Assembly (NCBI GenBank): GCA_951406725.2
Contig: OX597823.1
Location: 6,510,001 to 6,574,000, forward strand
Direction of reading: 5' to 3'
Source: Octopus vulgaris
Taxonomy: Eukaryota
DNA length: 64,000 bases
How positions within the stretch are numbered: the first letter of the stretch is position 1; each line of letters opens with the position of its first letter. Shown one piece after another: positions 1 through 13,121 of the stretch. Under the pieces are notes generated by a model that worked only from the letters and a program-made list of their open reading frames with translations, was not told where the DNA came from and did no database searches. The position numbers and the translations under genes are program-made.

Positions 1-202
1 TCATCCAGTAACAGCCCAGGGTGCAGTACTATTCGAATGCTTCCAACGTCGTAAAAAGTTCGTGGGCCGGAAGGGGTTGGAATTACACAAAAGGCCATTG
101 AGGCTTCTAATTTTTGCGTATTTCCGCACTATCCATAAAGTAATATTTGTTTAATCTTGTATATATGTGTGAGTGCATAATTTTATAAACTATACATATA
201 TG

Positions 203-597
203 CCTGGGAGTGACTGTGTGTAAGTAGCTTGCTAACCAACCACATGGTTCCAGGTTCAGTCCCACTGCGTGGCATCTTGGGCAAATGTCTTTTGCTATAG
301 CCCCGGGCCGACCAATGCCTTGTGAGTTGATTTGGTAGACGGAAACTGAAAGAAGCCTGTCATATATATGTATGCATATGTATATGTATGTATGTGTATG
401 TGTTTGTGTGTCTGTATTTGTCCCCCTAGCATTGCTTGACAACCGATGCTGGTGTGTTTACGTCCCCATAACTTAGTGGTTCGGCAAAAGAGACCGATAT
501 AATAGGTACTAGGCTTACAAAGAATAAGTCGTGCGGTCGATTTACTCGATTAAAGGTGATGCTCCAACATGGCCACAGTCAAACAAGTAAACGAATA
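203..597 (+). mobile_element. tRNA-derived SINE, family A (bipartite, internal microsatellite)
   Basis: Pol III-like head (GTGTGTAAGTAGC...GGTTCAGTCCC), body ...GGATTTGGTAGACGGAAACTGAAAGAAGCC, internal TA/TG repeat, tail ...GCTCCAACATGGCCACAGTC; same sequence recurs many times in the window. Confidence 0.8.
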
Positions 598-908
598 TAT
601 AGCACTAAATATAAAATAAAACAAAAGGACTATAAGTAAAATGTATGTCGATTCACACCAATACAAATACGAAGAAAATTTGAGTTATAGCGCTTCAGAA
701 TAGTTTTTTCCTTGGGGCTGGCCAGATTGGAGCAATCTCGAGTATAATCAGCCGAAATTGCGAAGATAATCTGGTACTTGACTGAGGAAAGAAAACTTCG
801 AATGACCTGTCATTGTTTTCCTTTGTATCGTCTATCTGGACGTTTTGTTGTCCCATTTTTGTATCACTTAACTGTCCGGATGTTTTGCGTTCTTGTGCCA
901 TTTTGTAT

Positions 909-939
<31 letters not shown>

Positions 940-940
<1 letters not shown>

Positions 941-2470
941 ACTTAGAATAACTTAGAAAGGTTTAGGCCAGTATTGGCCCAGGCCATGTCTAACTTAATA
1001 GCACCACCTGGCGAAGTCTTTCAATTCAGGATTTGGGCACCAAGGCCCATTCGAGCAGAGAGTTATTGTTTGCGGAGACATATCCGGGTGTGGGTGGTTT
1101 GTCCGGGACTGTTTGAAGGAATTTGTCCAAAGACTTCTTGAATTTTGTGTGATCAGTTTCTTTTTTGATGTGTTCTGGTGTAATGTTGAAGAGAGCGGGT
1201 CCAATTGAGGTGAAACAGTTGTGCCGTATTGTCGTTATGTGATGCGATTTAGATTTTTGTTGTGGACGGATGGCACGTGGTCCAAGCCTTGGATGTATTT
1301 TGAAGGTGATGCCAACAACATTCGGATAGTGCTGATGAAATATTTTCCACATCATACAGATAATGTAGCGTTCACGGCGTCGTTGGAGTGAATACAGTTT
1401 CAGCTTCTCTAGTCTACCCCAGTAGTCAAGGTCTGATATGCCATCTATCTTTTTTGTGATTGACCTTTGGGGAGCTTCAATTCTCATAATATTTTGTTTT
1501 GTGTAGGGAGACCACAATGGACAGCAGTATTCAAGGTGGGGTCGGGCAAAAGTGGAGAAGAGAAGGATAATAATGTGGGAATCTCGCGACTGGAAGGTTC
1601 TGAGAATCCAGGAACACATTCTGCGGGCCATGTCAACTTTGCTGCTTATATGTGTAGCCCAGCTTATGTTGTTGTCCACTGTTACTCCCAAGTCTCTGAT
1701 GTTGTTGGACACCATGAGAATTTCTCCAGAAGGAAGGAAGTATGGGAGTTTCAGAGCGTCCTCCCTTCCAAAGTGGATCAGTTCGAATTTGTCTTCGTTT
1801 AGCAACATGTTGTTCTTTTCCGCCCATTGGACAACAGCCAGTAGATCTAACTGAAGGCTTATTCGGTCATCTACGCCATTGATGACCTTCTGGAGCTTGG
1901 AATCATCAGCGAAGGTTCTGATGTTACTGTGTTTGATGGTGTCAGTAATATCATTTATGTAGATGATGAAGAGGAGTGGGCCCAACACAGTGCCTTGTGG
2001 GACACCACTGCTGACTTTGGCTGGGCTGGATTTGACTCCTTCGACTACAACATGTTGGGTTCTGTTAGACAGGAAGCACTTGATCCACTGCAGCAGCTTT
2101 CCAATGACACCAATATTGGACAGCTTTCTCAGAAGGATCTTATGATCAACCCTGTCAAAGGCCTTGCTGAAATCAAGGTAGATGACATCAGTGTTGGAAC
2201 CCTCTCCCAAGGGTCTCAAAATGTCATCAAAATGATGCAGTAGCTGCGTCAGGCAATCTCTCCCATTACGGAATCCATGCTGGTTGGAGTTCAGCATATT
2301 ATGACTCTCAAGGAAGTGAGTCATACGCGATCTCAGCACTCTCTCAAATACCTTAATGATATGAGAGGTGAGTGAGATTGGACGGTAATTCACGGCAAGC
2401 GATTTGTTTCCTTTTTTGAAAACTGGGACAACGGTCTGGGATAGAAGGTCTTCTGGTATATATCCAGACA
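940..2470 (-). mobile_element. 5'-truncated CR1/L2-group non-LTR retrotransposon with intact RT-to-C-terminus ORF (1026-2470)
   Basis: NYRPISLTS, QHGFR, YLDFSKAFD, GVPQGTVLGP, FADD, RPHLEYC motifs; short tandem 3' tail (TTCTAAGTTA x2); (TA)n on both sides. Confidence 0.92.
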
Positions 2471-2495
2471 TATACACACATATACACATACATGC

Positions 2496-2559
<64 letters not shown>

Positions 2560-3000
2560 CCAATGTGCTATCGGATCATCAACACAAATTAGACTAAACA
2601 AGGAAACATTCTTCATTGAAAAGTACAAGCCCAGACTTAACCATTCCAACATACTGATACAGAGAAATTCACACCAAGGGAAAGGCAAAAAATTTTAAGC
2701 GATTATCTCCCTTACACCGGAAGAAATCACTTATTCCCTACCCTTATCTAGAACTCTTTTGAACATAAACATAACGATAACTCCTCTGAACATAAACATA
2801 ACGACGTAAGAAATTTGAAAAGCTAAACGCGAAACCGGTCTTTCTTCTAAACTATGTCATTGTATGAAAAAAATTTATAACATTCTTCAGACATATTGAC
2901 TCAAATATATATTTCTTAACCTTTTAAAACAAGCCTTCTGTGGTTTTTTCACTTTTTACTATTTTCTATATATTCAACCACGTGCTTTCACAAACCAACT
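2560..3000 (+). mobile_element. Penelope-like element 3' end (GIY-YIG C-terminus plus pLTR remnant)
   Basis: Translation ...[17 protein letters not shown] fits the R..E...I....P.LN end of the PLE endonuclease; degenerate hammerhead follows at 2808-2846. Confidence 0.55.
2808..2846 (+). ncRNA. Degenerate type I hammerhead ribozyme
   Basis: Stem I AAGAAA/TTTCTT, core decayed to (T)TTGAAAA, GC..GC stem II, GAAAC-CG-GTC. Confidence 0.45.
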
Positions 3001-3181
3001 TTCTTATCTATATATATATATATATATATATAAGCATATATATCAACATAGTATACACATATGTATATTCATATATATATACATAATGAAACTATTAAAA
3101 GTGAAATTATAAAAGTGAAACGTTTATATATTTATACACCCACACCCACACACACATATATATACATAAATATATATATGC

Positions 3182-3213
<32 letters not shown>

Positions 3214-3282
3214 GCATACATATATATATGTACATGTACATAAGTATATACATATATACATACATATATATATAATATACAT

Positions 3283-3313
<31 letters not shown>

Positions 3314-3664
3314 GATATGTATACATACCGGTATATATGTACCTGGTGAGAGTATTTATAACTTACTCCATCGAAGGTTTCACTTCAAATTTTAAGACAC
3401 AATACTGAACCAATGCCAAATTGGCATTGCTTTATTCCTAAAAGTGTACGTCTTCCCAAACCTGGAGTTTTTTAGTATTACCTTAATTCTTAAATCCTTA
3501 AAAATATATTAGCCCGATGGCCGCGGCCATGCTGGGGCATGTAAAGTTTTATTTGGTTTGGTTGAACCTTTTTAGATTGCATTGGAACAGACAGGGATAT
3601 AAAGGATTTTATATTGAGTGAGATCATTATTATTAATATTATTACTGTTATTATTATTATTATT

Positions 3665-3700
<36 letters not shown>

Positions 3701-4105
3701 ATTACACACTGTTAAGGTCACGATTTGACAAATGCATTAATGGGAATTTTAATCTTTTTTTAATACGTCTCTTAAAGTTCTTTTGAGATTTCTGTTTTTA
3801 TATTTATCCTTCTGGATTCAATATTATAGAATGGCAATATATCAATATATATATATATAATAATTATTTGAGGGAATATTATTCCTAACTTACAGGGAAA
3901 AATTCAATTTAGAAATACTAAATCAAATTTCACAACATAAAATATATATATAAAAAATTAGAAAAAAAAACACCTTTTATCAATTCAAAATGAACAATTA
4001 AATTACACTTAGCAAATATATACGTTTTTATTATTATTTTGTAATTTACTTAATCATCGGTATATTATTGTTATTTTTATTTTTAATATTTCTATTATAT
4101 GTTTA

Positions 4106-4136
<31 letters not shown>

Positions 4137-4274
4137 AAATGAAATAAATGAAAAATAGAACTTAATCTTACACAGATGTAAGAATAAATTATTCTATAAA
4201 GCTCGAAACATATGTACCGCAACATAATTTGGTCCTGTTTTTCATTTATTTCATTTGATACATATATCCTCTCA

Positions 4275-4339
<65 letters not shown>

Positions 4340-4391
4340 GAGACTTTATCAAAACTCATTATTGTTATTGTTGCTGTTGTTATCATTGTAG

Positions 4392-4512
4392 ACGGTGGCT
4401 GCTCTGTTACACTTCTTCATTCTGACATCTCTAATGTGGACGGCTGTTGAAGCCCTTCATATCTTCTTGCGTATGCCATCTTCTACGATAAAGAGTTCAA
4501 TTGTGGCGTGGG
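4392..4512 (+). CDS. Adhesion-class (secretin-like) GPCR exon, TM3-TM4
   Basis: AG/GT boundaries; TVAALLHFFILTSLMWTAVEALHIFLRMPSSTIKSSIVAW(G) contains the LH-F..L....W...EA and W-G family-B motifs; ends in phase 1. Confidence 0.9.
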
Positions 4513-4602
4513 GTAAGTAGCTGAAATGAGTTGGATACATGTTGATACAAAAGGTGTGAAAAATCTAATAGTTTTATATAGGAAATTTGATAGTTATTTA
4601 TG

Positions 4603-4669
<67 letters not shown>

Positions 4670-4924
4670 TTAATAGTTATATATAGACGATAAACGTAGA
4701 TTATAAAGAAATAGATTCTTAGGTTTAGCCATTAGGGGGCACATAAATTTACTTTCAGTTTCATGCAAATATTTCCAGTCTGATCTCATCAATAGACAAA
4801 ACATATGAGTTAATCATTTTGCCCTTTTCCCTGACGCAGTACTTTCTGGAGAGGCTAACGATAGCGAACTTTTGAGGTTTTTCTCATCTAATTAGTAATT
4901 TAATAGTCGTGAAGAAGTTTCTGA

Positions 4925-5228
4925 AGTGATTAGTGTACTCGGATCGCGATCGTAAGGTTGTGAGTTCGATTCCCGGTGACGCGATGTATCCTTAAGTAAG
5001 ATGATTTATTTCACCACTCCAGTCTACTCAGCTGAAAGAAATGAGTAGTACCTGTAGTTGAAAGGACCAACCTTCTCATATTGAATGTCACTCTGACTAT
5101 ACCTGTGAACTACATTAAAAGTACGTGTCTGCGGAGTGCTCAGCCACTTGCACATGGATTTTACAAACAGTCCGTTCCTTTGATCGGATCTACTGGAACA
5201 TTTGTCGCCGTAACCGACGAACTGCCAT
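4925..5228 (+). mobile_element. tRNA-derived SINE, family C
   Basis: B-box GAGTTCGATTCCC; body GAGTGCTCAGCCACTTGCAC...GTAACCGACG shared with 11839-12135 and 13235-13420. Confidence 0.75.
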
Positions 5229-5506
5229 TTAATTTTAGTCTTCATATCGTTGACCAAGACTTCCAGTAATTTTAAATTTTTGTTGCCTTCTGAAACAAAT
5301 CGTTGATAGAATCGAAGATATATACAAGTCGTACCTATTTCTAGAATAAGTTAGTACATCAAAATAAACATTGATTTCTTTTGAACTAAACACATTTTCT
5401 TGAGAAAACATGGTCAAGTAAACCGATTCAAAATGTCACATATTTCTGATTTTAAATAAAAACTAATATCAGTATATTTATTCGTCTTTGTAAATGTTGT
5501 CGTCAG

Positions 5507-5579
5507 GTCTTCCAGCTGTCATTGTCGCAATTACTCTGGCAATTAACCACACAAACAATTACATCAGAATTGCACAAGT
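5507..5579 (+). CDS. Adhesion GPCR exon, TM4-ECL2
   Basis: cag|GT...GT|gtaagt; (G)LPAVIVAITLAINHTNNYIRIAQ(V); phase 1 in, phase 2 out, matching both neighbours. Confidence 0.9.
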
Positions 5580-6299
5580 GTAAGTATTTCTGAGTTTTAC
5601 TCACTTAATTTCCTCTGCTCTTCACCATTTCTATTTTGCTAGGCTTATCAATATTTTCAATGTTGCCATCAAGCTTTCATTCATGCTGAGCATAATATAC
5701 ACTAAAATTACACTCCACCGTGATGTATGAATTTGATACTATAAATTTAATCTACCCACTTGAAAGCAAACAAGAATACACGTCAAAATTCCCTGATATT
5801 GAATATGAGACAGGAAAATGCTAAGACTTTTTTATTGATGGACTTGATTGATGAACGAAAGAAAAAACTGGTTTATTCAGAGGAATGCGCGAATTATACA
5901 ATTTGCCAAGTCAAAACAAATCAAAGTGGTTTTGGAGGAGGGGATATTCCTACGACATATGTGGGAAGGGTTTATATAAGATTTATTGTCTTGAAGAGGG
6001 TTAGTCGGCATGGTAAGGGAGGGACGGACCACAGAACAACACTTCACAATTAATAAAGAGGGAGTTCTTTTTATCTGTGATACAATGCAACTAGAAATAC
6101 GGGGTTAGAGGTGAAAGATAAGATTCACTTTATCTTATAAAGTCGTCTTTTCCTGATCTTTCCATGTCAGTTTATAACGGAGAGAATGGAGAGGATGGAG
6201 AGGGTGGAATGATAAACTACAGTTTCTACTATTGAGTATTTATGACTTCTTCAAACCTTTGCAAATATAGAATACATGTGGAGACAGCGAAAGGAAGCA

Positions 6300-6830
6300 T
6301 TTGAGTGACACTGCCTGCTTCACACTGTTAAACATGGAGGAGGATCTGTGATGATCGTGGGGGGGGGGGGGCTATATCTTGGAAATCCTGCGGCCCAATG
6401 GTTTCCCTTCATGGCAGAATTAATAGTCAAGACTATTTAAGCATTTTATCTTATCAATTTATCCTATGGTTGCGGAACTGTTTCCGGATGGAAACGCAAT
6501 CTTTAAGGACGATAATGCACCAATTCACGCAGCTAAAATTGTTACTGAATGACACGAGGCGCTTTCTAGTGAAGTTGAACATCTTATCTGGCCACTACAC
6601 TCCCCACATCTCAGTATCGTAGAACATTGGTGGTACATTACAGAAAAGCAAGTAAGGAGTCGATATCATCCACCATCATCACTACAAGAACTGGAAACTT
6701 TTAGCTGAAGAATGGACAAAATCCCCTTTAGAAACAATTCAAACTTTGCATGAGTAGAATTCAATTACTGCCAAAGGCGGTCCTACCCCATATTAAAATA
6801 AATTTGTTTGGAATTTTAAGGTGTTTCCAT
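6300..6830 (+). mobile_element. Degenerate Tc1-family transposase, 3' half
   Basis: TVKHGGGSVM, FKDDNAPIH, WP..SP.L, AKGGPTPY* motifs with frameshifts and stops. Confidence 0.85.
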
Positions 6831-7210
6831 CTATTAATCTGTAAAATAATATTTAAGTAGTTTAAATGTACACAAATTCATAAAAATACTTTTAATTCCA
6901 TTAGACATTCTAAAATACTATTAAATTTCATTCAATTATGGGATGACCTGATACAATAAATTAATATAATATACTTAAATGTAATATAAATATATAAATT
7001 TAAATATAGAAATTTGAAATAATTTAAAATTTAAATATTTAAAATGAGTGAAAAATTAAACCTCGGTGAAACTTAAATTTAAATTTATAAAACAGTCGAA
7101 GGCTTTCTTAAAAGTCGAATATAGAATATGAAGTCGAAACATGTACCCATAAGGTAAGACAAAATATATGTCTATCTATTAGGTGTAGAAGCCGAATCCA
7201 AAAGCGAAGA

Positions 7211-7460
7211 TCAGAAATTTTCGTAAGTGAAAAATTCTAAACATATACAATGTCCCCATCGGTATATCGAACAGAGAATTTTCACCCTTTTTAACCCAGG
7301 TGGAATAATAAAAAAAGGGAGGGATTTTCTTTCATGGAGGGTAATATTTAAATCCGAGTTATCGATGCTGACATACTGCTTGTCCAAGTCTAATCCTTTA
7401 AGAAGTAAAGGGCTGGATATTGACGGGTAAAAATCGACGATATCCAACTGCATAAATTAG
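7211..7460 (-). mobile_element. Penelope-like RT fragment
   Basis: QLDIVDFYPSI...IDNSDLNITLHERKSL resembles PLE RT motif 3 (D..xFYPSI). Confidence 0.65.
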
Positions 7461-7767
7461 CAGTCGCTAGTAATTTATGTATGTTTTTCTTTTAAACGTA
7501 CGCAACTTTTGATTCATTAAAATTTATAATTTTTTTACCATTAATTGATTTACGTTTTTTTTTCTTCAGCTAAATGTATTTTTGATTTAAAGTTTTCTTA
7601 GATTTTTATAAAGTGATTTTAAGCCGTAAGTGTAATTTAATAAAATCAGTTATTGAAGAGACCGTTAGTTAAAAGGACCAATGAAACAAATCCATTTTCA
7701 AATGTGTATCTTTGAAACAAATTGTATATTTACACATATAACCGTATGTTGTTTCATTCTAAACTAA

Positions 7768-7809
7768 AACTGTCCGAAGAACGGGAACGTGAAACTCAGT
7801 GTAACAGTT
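7768..7809 (+). ncRNA. Type I hammerhead ribozyme with core mutation (CCGAAGA)
   Basis: Stem I AACTGT/ACAGTT, stem II ACG-GGAA-CGT, GAAAC...GTA. Confidence 0.6.
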
Positions 7810-8485
7810 TTTGTGATGTTGTTGTGTGGACACCTCCAGACGACGAAGTAGGCTAGCCCAATACGTAGATATAGAGGCAGAAGCCTTGACGTTAGGTAGA
7901 CTAGAACAGAATAGCCGTGTGTGTAGTAAAGTGAGCAGAGGTCATCTAGACGTGCGATATAACAGTGGCGACGAGGAATTCGTAGCTCACACAGCCACTG
8001 AGTAGTATTGCAACATAACAGATATCTCTATGCAGGTATATTAATAAAGCATATATATATATATATATATATATACGTTTATATATTTGTTTTGCAAGAT
8101 TTTTTATGTGAAATCTTGTGTTGAAACAGATATTGTTATATTTCGGAATGGTCATTTTGCCAGTTTAGCCAATAAAAACACACGCACTATATACTTGGAG
8201 TTATTTTGCTTCAGTGTTATTTATTTTTTACCTTAATCTTAATCTTATTTCGGCTAGTGTTCTTTCGTCACACTCCTGTGACCGCATCAGTGGTCCTTTG
8301 CTTTCTTCTTTCATATTTGTTTGTCTCTCCTTACTAACGGTCAGCCATTTTGTATTTTGTATTTCTATTGTATGTGTCTTCGTTTGCGCATGGGTATACA
8401 TCTACGTGTGTCTATGTTTAGTTAGTGTGAGTGTGTGTGGGGGAGGAGTGCTTGTAATATTTGTATCTCCTCTTTATGCACGTTC

Positions 8486-8661
<176 letters not shown>

Positions 8662-8963
8662 ATAGAGAAATCCTGTTTAGTTTTACAATTCACCATAACA
8701 AATCGAGACTTGTCTCTGTTGTATCAACATACTTAGATATAGAAAGCATCGTTGTAGTTATTGATGCCTGATTGTTTAATATAATGAACTAAAGTCGTTT
8801 AAAACTGAATACTTTACTGATATCTAGCTGGAACTTTTAATTCCTTTTTCTTCTTATATATATATATGTGTGTGTGTGTGTATGTGTGTGTGTGTGTCTG
8901 TGCGTGTGTGTTTGTGTGTATGCATAAGAAGAAAAAATGAGATCAAAAATTGTATATATATGT

Positions 8964-9272
8964 GGAGGCGCAATTGCCCGGTGGTTAGGGCAGCGGACTC
9001 GCGGTTGTAGGATCGCGGTTTCGATTCCCAGGCCGGACTTTGTGAGTGTTTATTGAGCAAAAACACCTAAAGCTCCACGAGGCTCCGGCAGGGGGTGGCG
9101 ATCCCTGCTGTACTCTTTCACCACAACTTTCTCTCACTCTTTCTTCTGTTGGTCTGCTCGCTTAGCCAGCGGGGTGGCATCATTTGGAGGCTAAAACAAT
9201 GCAAAGCGCATTGTGATTAGCGATGTGTAGCAACATTTGATAGCCTGGTCGGTCACGGTGATCACGGTGATA
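8964..9272 (+). mobile_element. tRNA-derived SINE, family B
   Basis: GGAGGCGCAATTGCCCGGTGGTTAGGGC A-box, GGTTTCGATTCCC B-box, (TCACGGTGA) tail; second copy at 50826-51127. Confidence 0.8.
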
Positions 9273-9287
9273 ACATACATAATATAC

Positions 9288-9360
<73 letters not shown>

Positions 9361-9589
9361 CATACATTTATATAAAGTGGTTTCAGTCAGGAACTATGTG
9401 ATAATATGTGTGTGTGTGCGTTTTAAATTGTCTTGATACTGAAGTTCTTTTTATGAATACCTTAGTTAATGTGAAATACGGCAAGACTGCGCATGATATT
9501 TCGTTTTGTTTCAGATCAAAATCATCTCATTTTATTACCTGGACATTTGTTAAATTTCCTTTGTTAATTAATTCCCTATCTCTTTTTAG

Positions 9590-9971
9590 CTGCTGGCTAT
9601 CCAAGGTGCCTTCCTATGCCGCTTTCCTGGCTCCTGTGGTGGCCATTCTCCTCTTCAACCTTATCGTGATTTTTCTCGCTATCTGTCGACGTAGCTCAAA
9701 GAAAAGTGACGAGCAGTCTGAACACGAAATAAAGAAAATGCGTGTTTTTGGCATCTTTAGTGTGACCTTCCTGTTCGTGTTATCTTGGGTCATAGCATTC
9801 ATCGCTGTGGAAGAAGGAGTTGGAGTGTTTCACATACTCTTCATTATCTTCAATATCCTTCTCGGAATGTTTATCTTCATATTCTACTGTATATGCAAGA
9901 AAGATGTCAGAGATGCCATTTCCTCATGTGCATGTAACCGAGAGACAGCGAACGTCATTATAAACCAATGA
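9590..9971 (+). CDS. Adhesion GPCR exon, ECL2 (CW)-TM5-TM6-TM7 and tail to TGA; exon donor at 9984
   Basis: Polypyrimidine-TAG acceptor; CWLS..SYAAFLAPVVAILLFNL, SVTFLFVLSW, IFNILLGMFIFIFYCICKKDVR are typical aGPCR 7TM motifs. Confidence 0.9.
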
Positions 9972-10163
9972 GAACCAATAAGAGTGAGTGCAATTTTATA
10001 TTTCTTATTTCTCCCACTGCCATAACCAAAACCAATATGTCACAATGGGGCTAATCACAAACACCAACATAAACCATTGTCAACATCGTAACCATCTGTA
10101 TGTATGTATATATATATATATATATATGTTAGAAGTATTGGGGGTGATGTACAGATTTAATAC

Positions 10164-10370
10164 ATATGAAAGAAAAAAGGTGTTCAGAATGCTTGATGGT
10201 TAGAAAAATATATATTTATTTACCTATCACATATTATTTCTTCATATTAGCGCTTTCAACTACTCCTGTAGTTTCATCAGTGCTAATATGAAGGAATAAT
10301 ATGTGATATGTAAATAAACATATATTTTTTACAACCATCAAGCATTCTGAACACCTTTTTTCTTTCATAT
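10164..10370. repeat. About 90-bp-arm foldback element with a hammerhead core in its loop
   Basis: 10164-10252 is the near-perfect reverse complement of 10281-10370; loop on - reads CTGATGA-AACTAC-AGGA-GTAGTT-GAAA. Confidence 0.8.
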
Positions 10371-10698
10371 ACACACACACATATATATATATATATGTAA
10401 ATTATAAATTAGGGTATCTACGAGATACCACCATGCTGAAAATAGCAGCTATGATCTGACTTTAAAACCATCTTAACTGTCCATATAATTATCACCTTTG
10501 AAGGTTACTTTTTCCAAGCTGGCTACTTGATAAAATCGATATTTTATTCTAAATGAACGATCTTATCCTTATTTATATAAATATGTATATATGTATGTAT
10601 GTTTATATGTATGTGTGAGTGTGTATGTGTGAGTGTGTATGTGTGAGTGTGTATGTGTGAGTGTGTATGTGTGAGTGTGTATGTGTGTGTATGTGCAT

Positions 10699-11452
10699 AC
10701 AGGTTGAGTTGTTTAAGCTATCTTATAAATTAGGCAAAAATAAAAATAATACTGACACATCATTTTAACTGATAATCACCAGAAAAACATACAAATATTT
10801 TGAAAGACTAAATTTATTCAACAAATCCGCCATTGGCTTCAACGACGGTCTCCAGATGACTTCAAGATCGCCTGCAACTCTTCCGGACGGTCTCCTTGTT
10901 AAGTTGGTGAATGCTGCCATAATCCCTGCCTTCAGTTCATCTTTGGTGTGACAGGGAGTTTTGTTGATCCGTCACTCAACTGCGCCCCACACATAATAAT
11001 CAAGTGGGTTGTAATCTGGGACGTTAGACGGCCAGATGGTAGGGGCGGTGTGGTCGCATAAATTTCCTGACATCCATTACTGGGTTCTGCTTGTGCGGCA
11101 AGGTGCAGAGTCCTGTTGCCAGACATGGAGAGTCTTCCAGCAACTGCCCCTTTTACCCAAGGTGTCACTAACTTCTACAGATATTTGAGGCCGTGCCAGA
11201 AGATAAATGGAGGCATAACTAGTGATCACTCCAAACACCATGATGTTGACTGAATGACAACTCTGGGTACATGTTACTACTGGCACTTCCGGGGCGAATG
11301 CCAAGCAGCATGTCGTTTCCAAAGTATCTAGCTGTGTGAATTGTGTCATAATAACTAATGGAGCCTACTATAATGCTTAGTCGACAAAATCTAAGACAAC
11401 AATGCGCTAAATTAGAAAAAATATAAAACGCCGACAATTCAACCCTTGCACC
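10699..11452 (-). mobile_element. Internally deleted Tc1/mariner-superfamily element remnant
   Basis: Minus-strand WQQDSAPC, DY.PLDYY.WGAVE and VVEANGGFVE fragments; weak terminal inverted similarity. Confidence 0.7.
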
Positions 11453-11456
11453 CTCA

Positions 11457-11513
11457 ATGCCTTGTGAGTGGATTTGGTAGACGGAAACTGAAAGAAGCCT
11501 GTCGTATATATGT

Positions 11514-11579
<66 letters not shown>

Positions 11580-11802
11580 GTATGTGTGTGTGTTTGTGTG
11601 TGTGTGTTTGCCACCTAGCATTGCTTGACAACCGATGCTGGTGTGTTTACGTCCCCGTCCCTTAGCGGTTCGGCAAAAGAGACCGATAGTATAAGTACTG
11701 GGCTTACAAAGAATAGGTCCCGGGGTCGATTTGCTCGACTAAAGGCGGTGCTCCAGCATGGCCGCAGTCAAATGACTGAAACAAGTAAAAGAGTAAAAGA
11801 GT
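11457..11802 (+). mobile_element. SINE family A, 5'-truncated
   Basis: Matches 203-597 from GCCTTGTGAGTGGATTTGG to the AGTAAAAG tail. Confidence 0.8.
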
Positions 11803-11838
11803 ATATATATATATAGAGAGAGAGGGGGGGAGATAGAA

Positions 11839-12135
11839 GGCGCGTGGCCTAGTGGTTTGGTTATTTTGCTCACCATCGTAAGGTCATGAGTTCAATTCCT
11901 GGCGAGGCGTTGCGACCTTGAGCAAGATTTTATTCCATGTTGCCTCAGTCCAATCAGCTGACAAAAATCACATTCTGCTTTGTCACATTCTGTGTCATGC
12001 TGAATCTCCCTGAGAACTGCGTTAAGGTTACAAGTGTCTGTGGAGTGCTCAGCCACTTGCACATTAATTTCACGAGGAAGCTGTTCCGTTGATCGTATCA
12101 GCTGGGACGCTCGTCGTCGTAACCGACGGAGTGCT
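11839..12135 (+). mobile_element. SINE family C
   Basis: GGCGCGTGGCCTAGTGG A-box, GAGTTCAATTCC B-box, shared body. Confidence 0.75.
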
Positions 12136-12549
12136 CCCTCGTTATATTTCTATAGATAATTGTACATGAAATTTAAAAACAGCCATAAACAGAACAACGT
12201 AAAGTCTTCACTGTGCCATAGATAGATATATGTAAAACATACATCCACAGAATAGAACTAAGAAGTTTCTCATATTTTCCCTCTCAACTTGCCCAGTTTT
12301 TCTGGAAGATATTCCTGAACCAATATTGTCAGGATTGTACAACATATTCCTCATAAATAAATTCTCATTACTAGTTTCTGTAATTAATGTAAATTATGTT
12401 TTTGAATATAAATTGTGTACGATTCTTCTGTAATTCATATGTTTAACGTATGGGGAAATAGCAGAAGACAATTGGGGTTATATATAAAACATAAGGGCTT
12501 GGGTTATTTTACTTTATTTTATAGAAGTTTCTTCTCATTGTGTTTCCAG

Positions 12550-12602
12550 GTTCAAGTTCTGATAATGAAACAGATGTTGGAACAGCAGAGACGAGAACAT
12601 AA
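12550..12602 (+). CDS. Probable terminal exon of the GPCR gene (SSSSDNETDVGTAETRT*); out of frame in this sequence
   Basis: Strong acceptor tttccag|G; AATAAA near 12879; frame fits the 9984 donor only if the tail frameshift is corrected. Confidence 0.55.
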
Positions 12603-13060
12603 TTAAGAATATAAAAAATTAATGTCTTTGAGAATCTTCTTTTCTTCTTATATTACATTAAACATGCTTGCATAAAAGAGAACTTCATTTTTATCTATCA
12701 ATACAACACTACGAAACTTAGACACTTTATAAACAGCAATGTACTTTAAACCTTCTTATTTTCTGTAACTCACAAAATCTAACATCATATGGTTTGATTT
12801 GTAATTCTATAGATATTTTCTAACTGCCAATTTTCACTACTAATTTTCAATATAATCTTTAACTTTTATTAACGAAGAAATAAATGTGGTTTCTTAATAC
12901 AATATGTTTTGTTTTTATTTGAAACATCGTTATATTCTACTGTAAGTTAAAAAAACGCATGGGGAGAGAGAGAGACAGACAGACAGATAGAGTGATTTCG
13001 TCAGTTACTAATTACTCCACTAAAATCCACGCCACCATCTCGTCAGTTATCCGGCCAACG

Positions 13061-13121
13061 GATAACTGAAGAGATGGTGGCGTGGAATTCCACCTCGGCA
13101 TCCGAAACTCGGAGTTTTATC
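13061..13121 (+). ncRNA. Type I hammerhead ribozyme with intact core
   Basis: Stem I GATAA/TTATC, CTGAAGA, stem II GATG...CATC, GAA-ACT-CGG-AGT-T. Confidence 0.65.

Noticed and set aside
695-901. 68-aa ORF and hammerhead-like CTGAGGA-AAG..CTT-CGAAT at about 782-815
   Set aside because: No recognisable domain; GAAA core and stem I are not satisfied
8964-9040. tRNA-like sequences at SINE heads
   Set aside because: They continue into repeated SINE bodies; not tRNA genes
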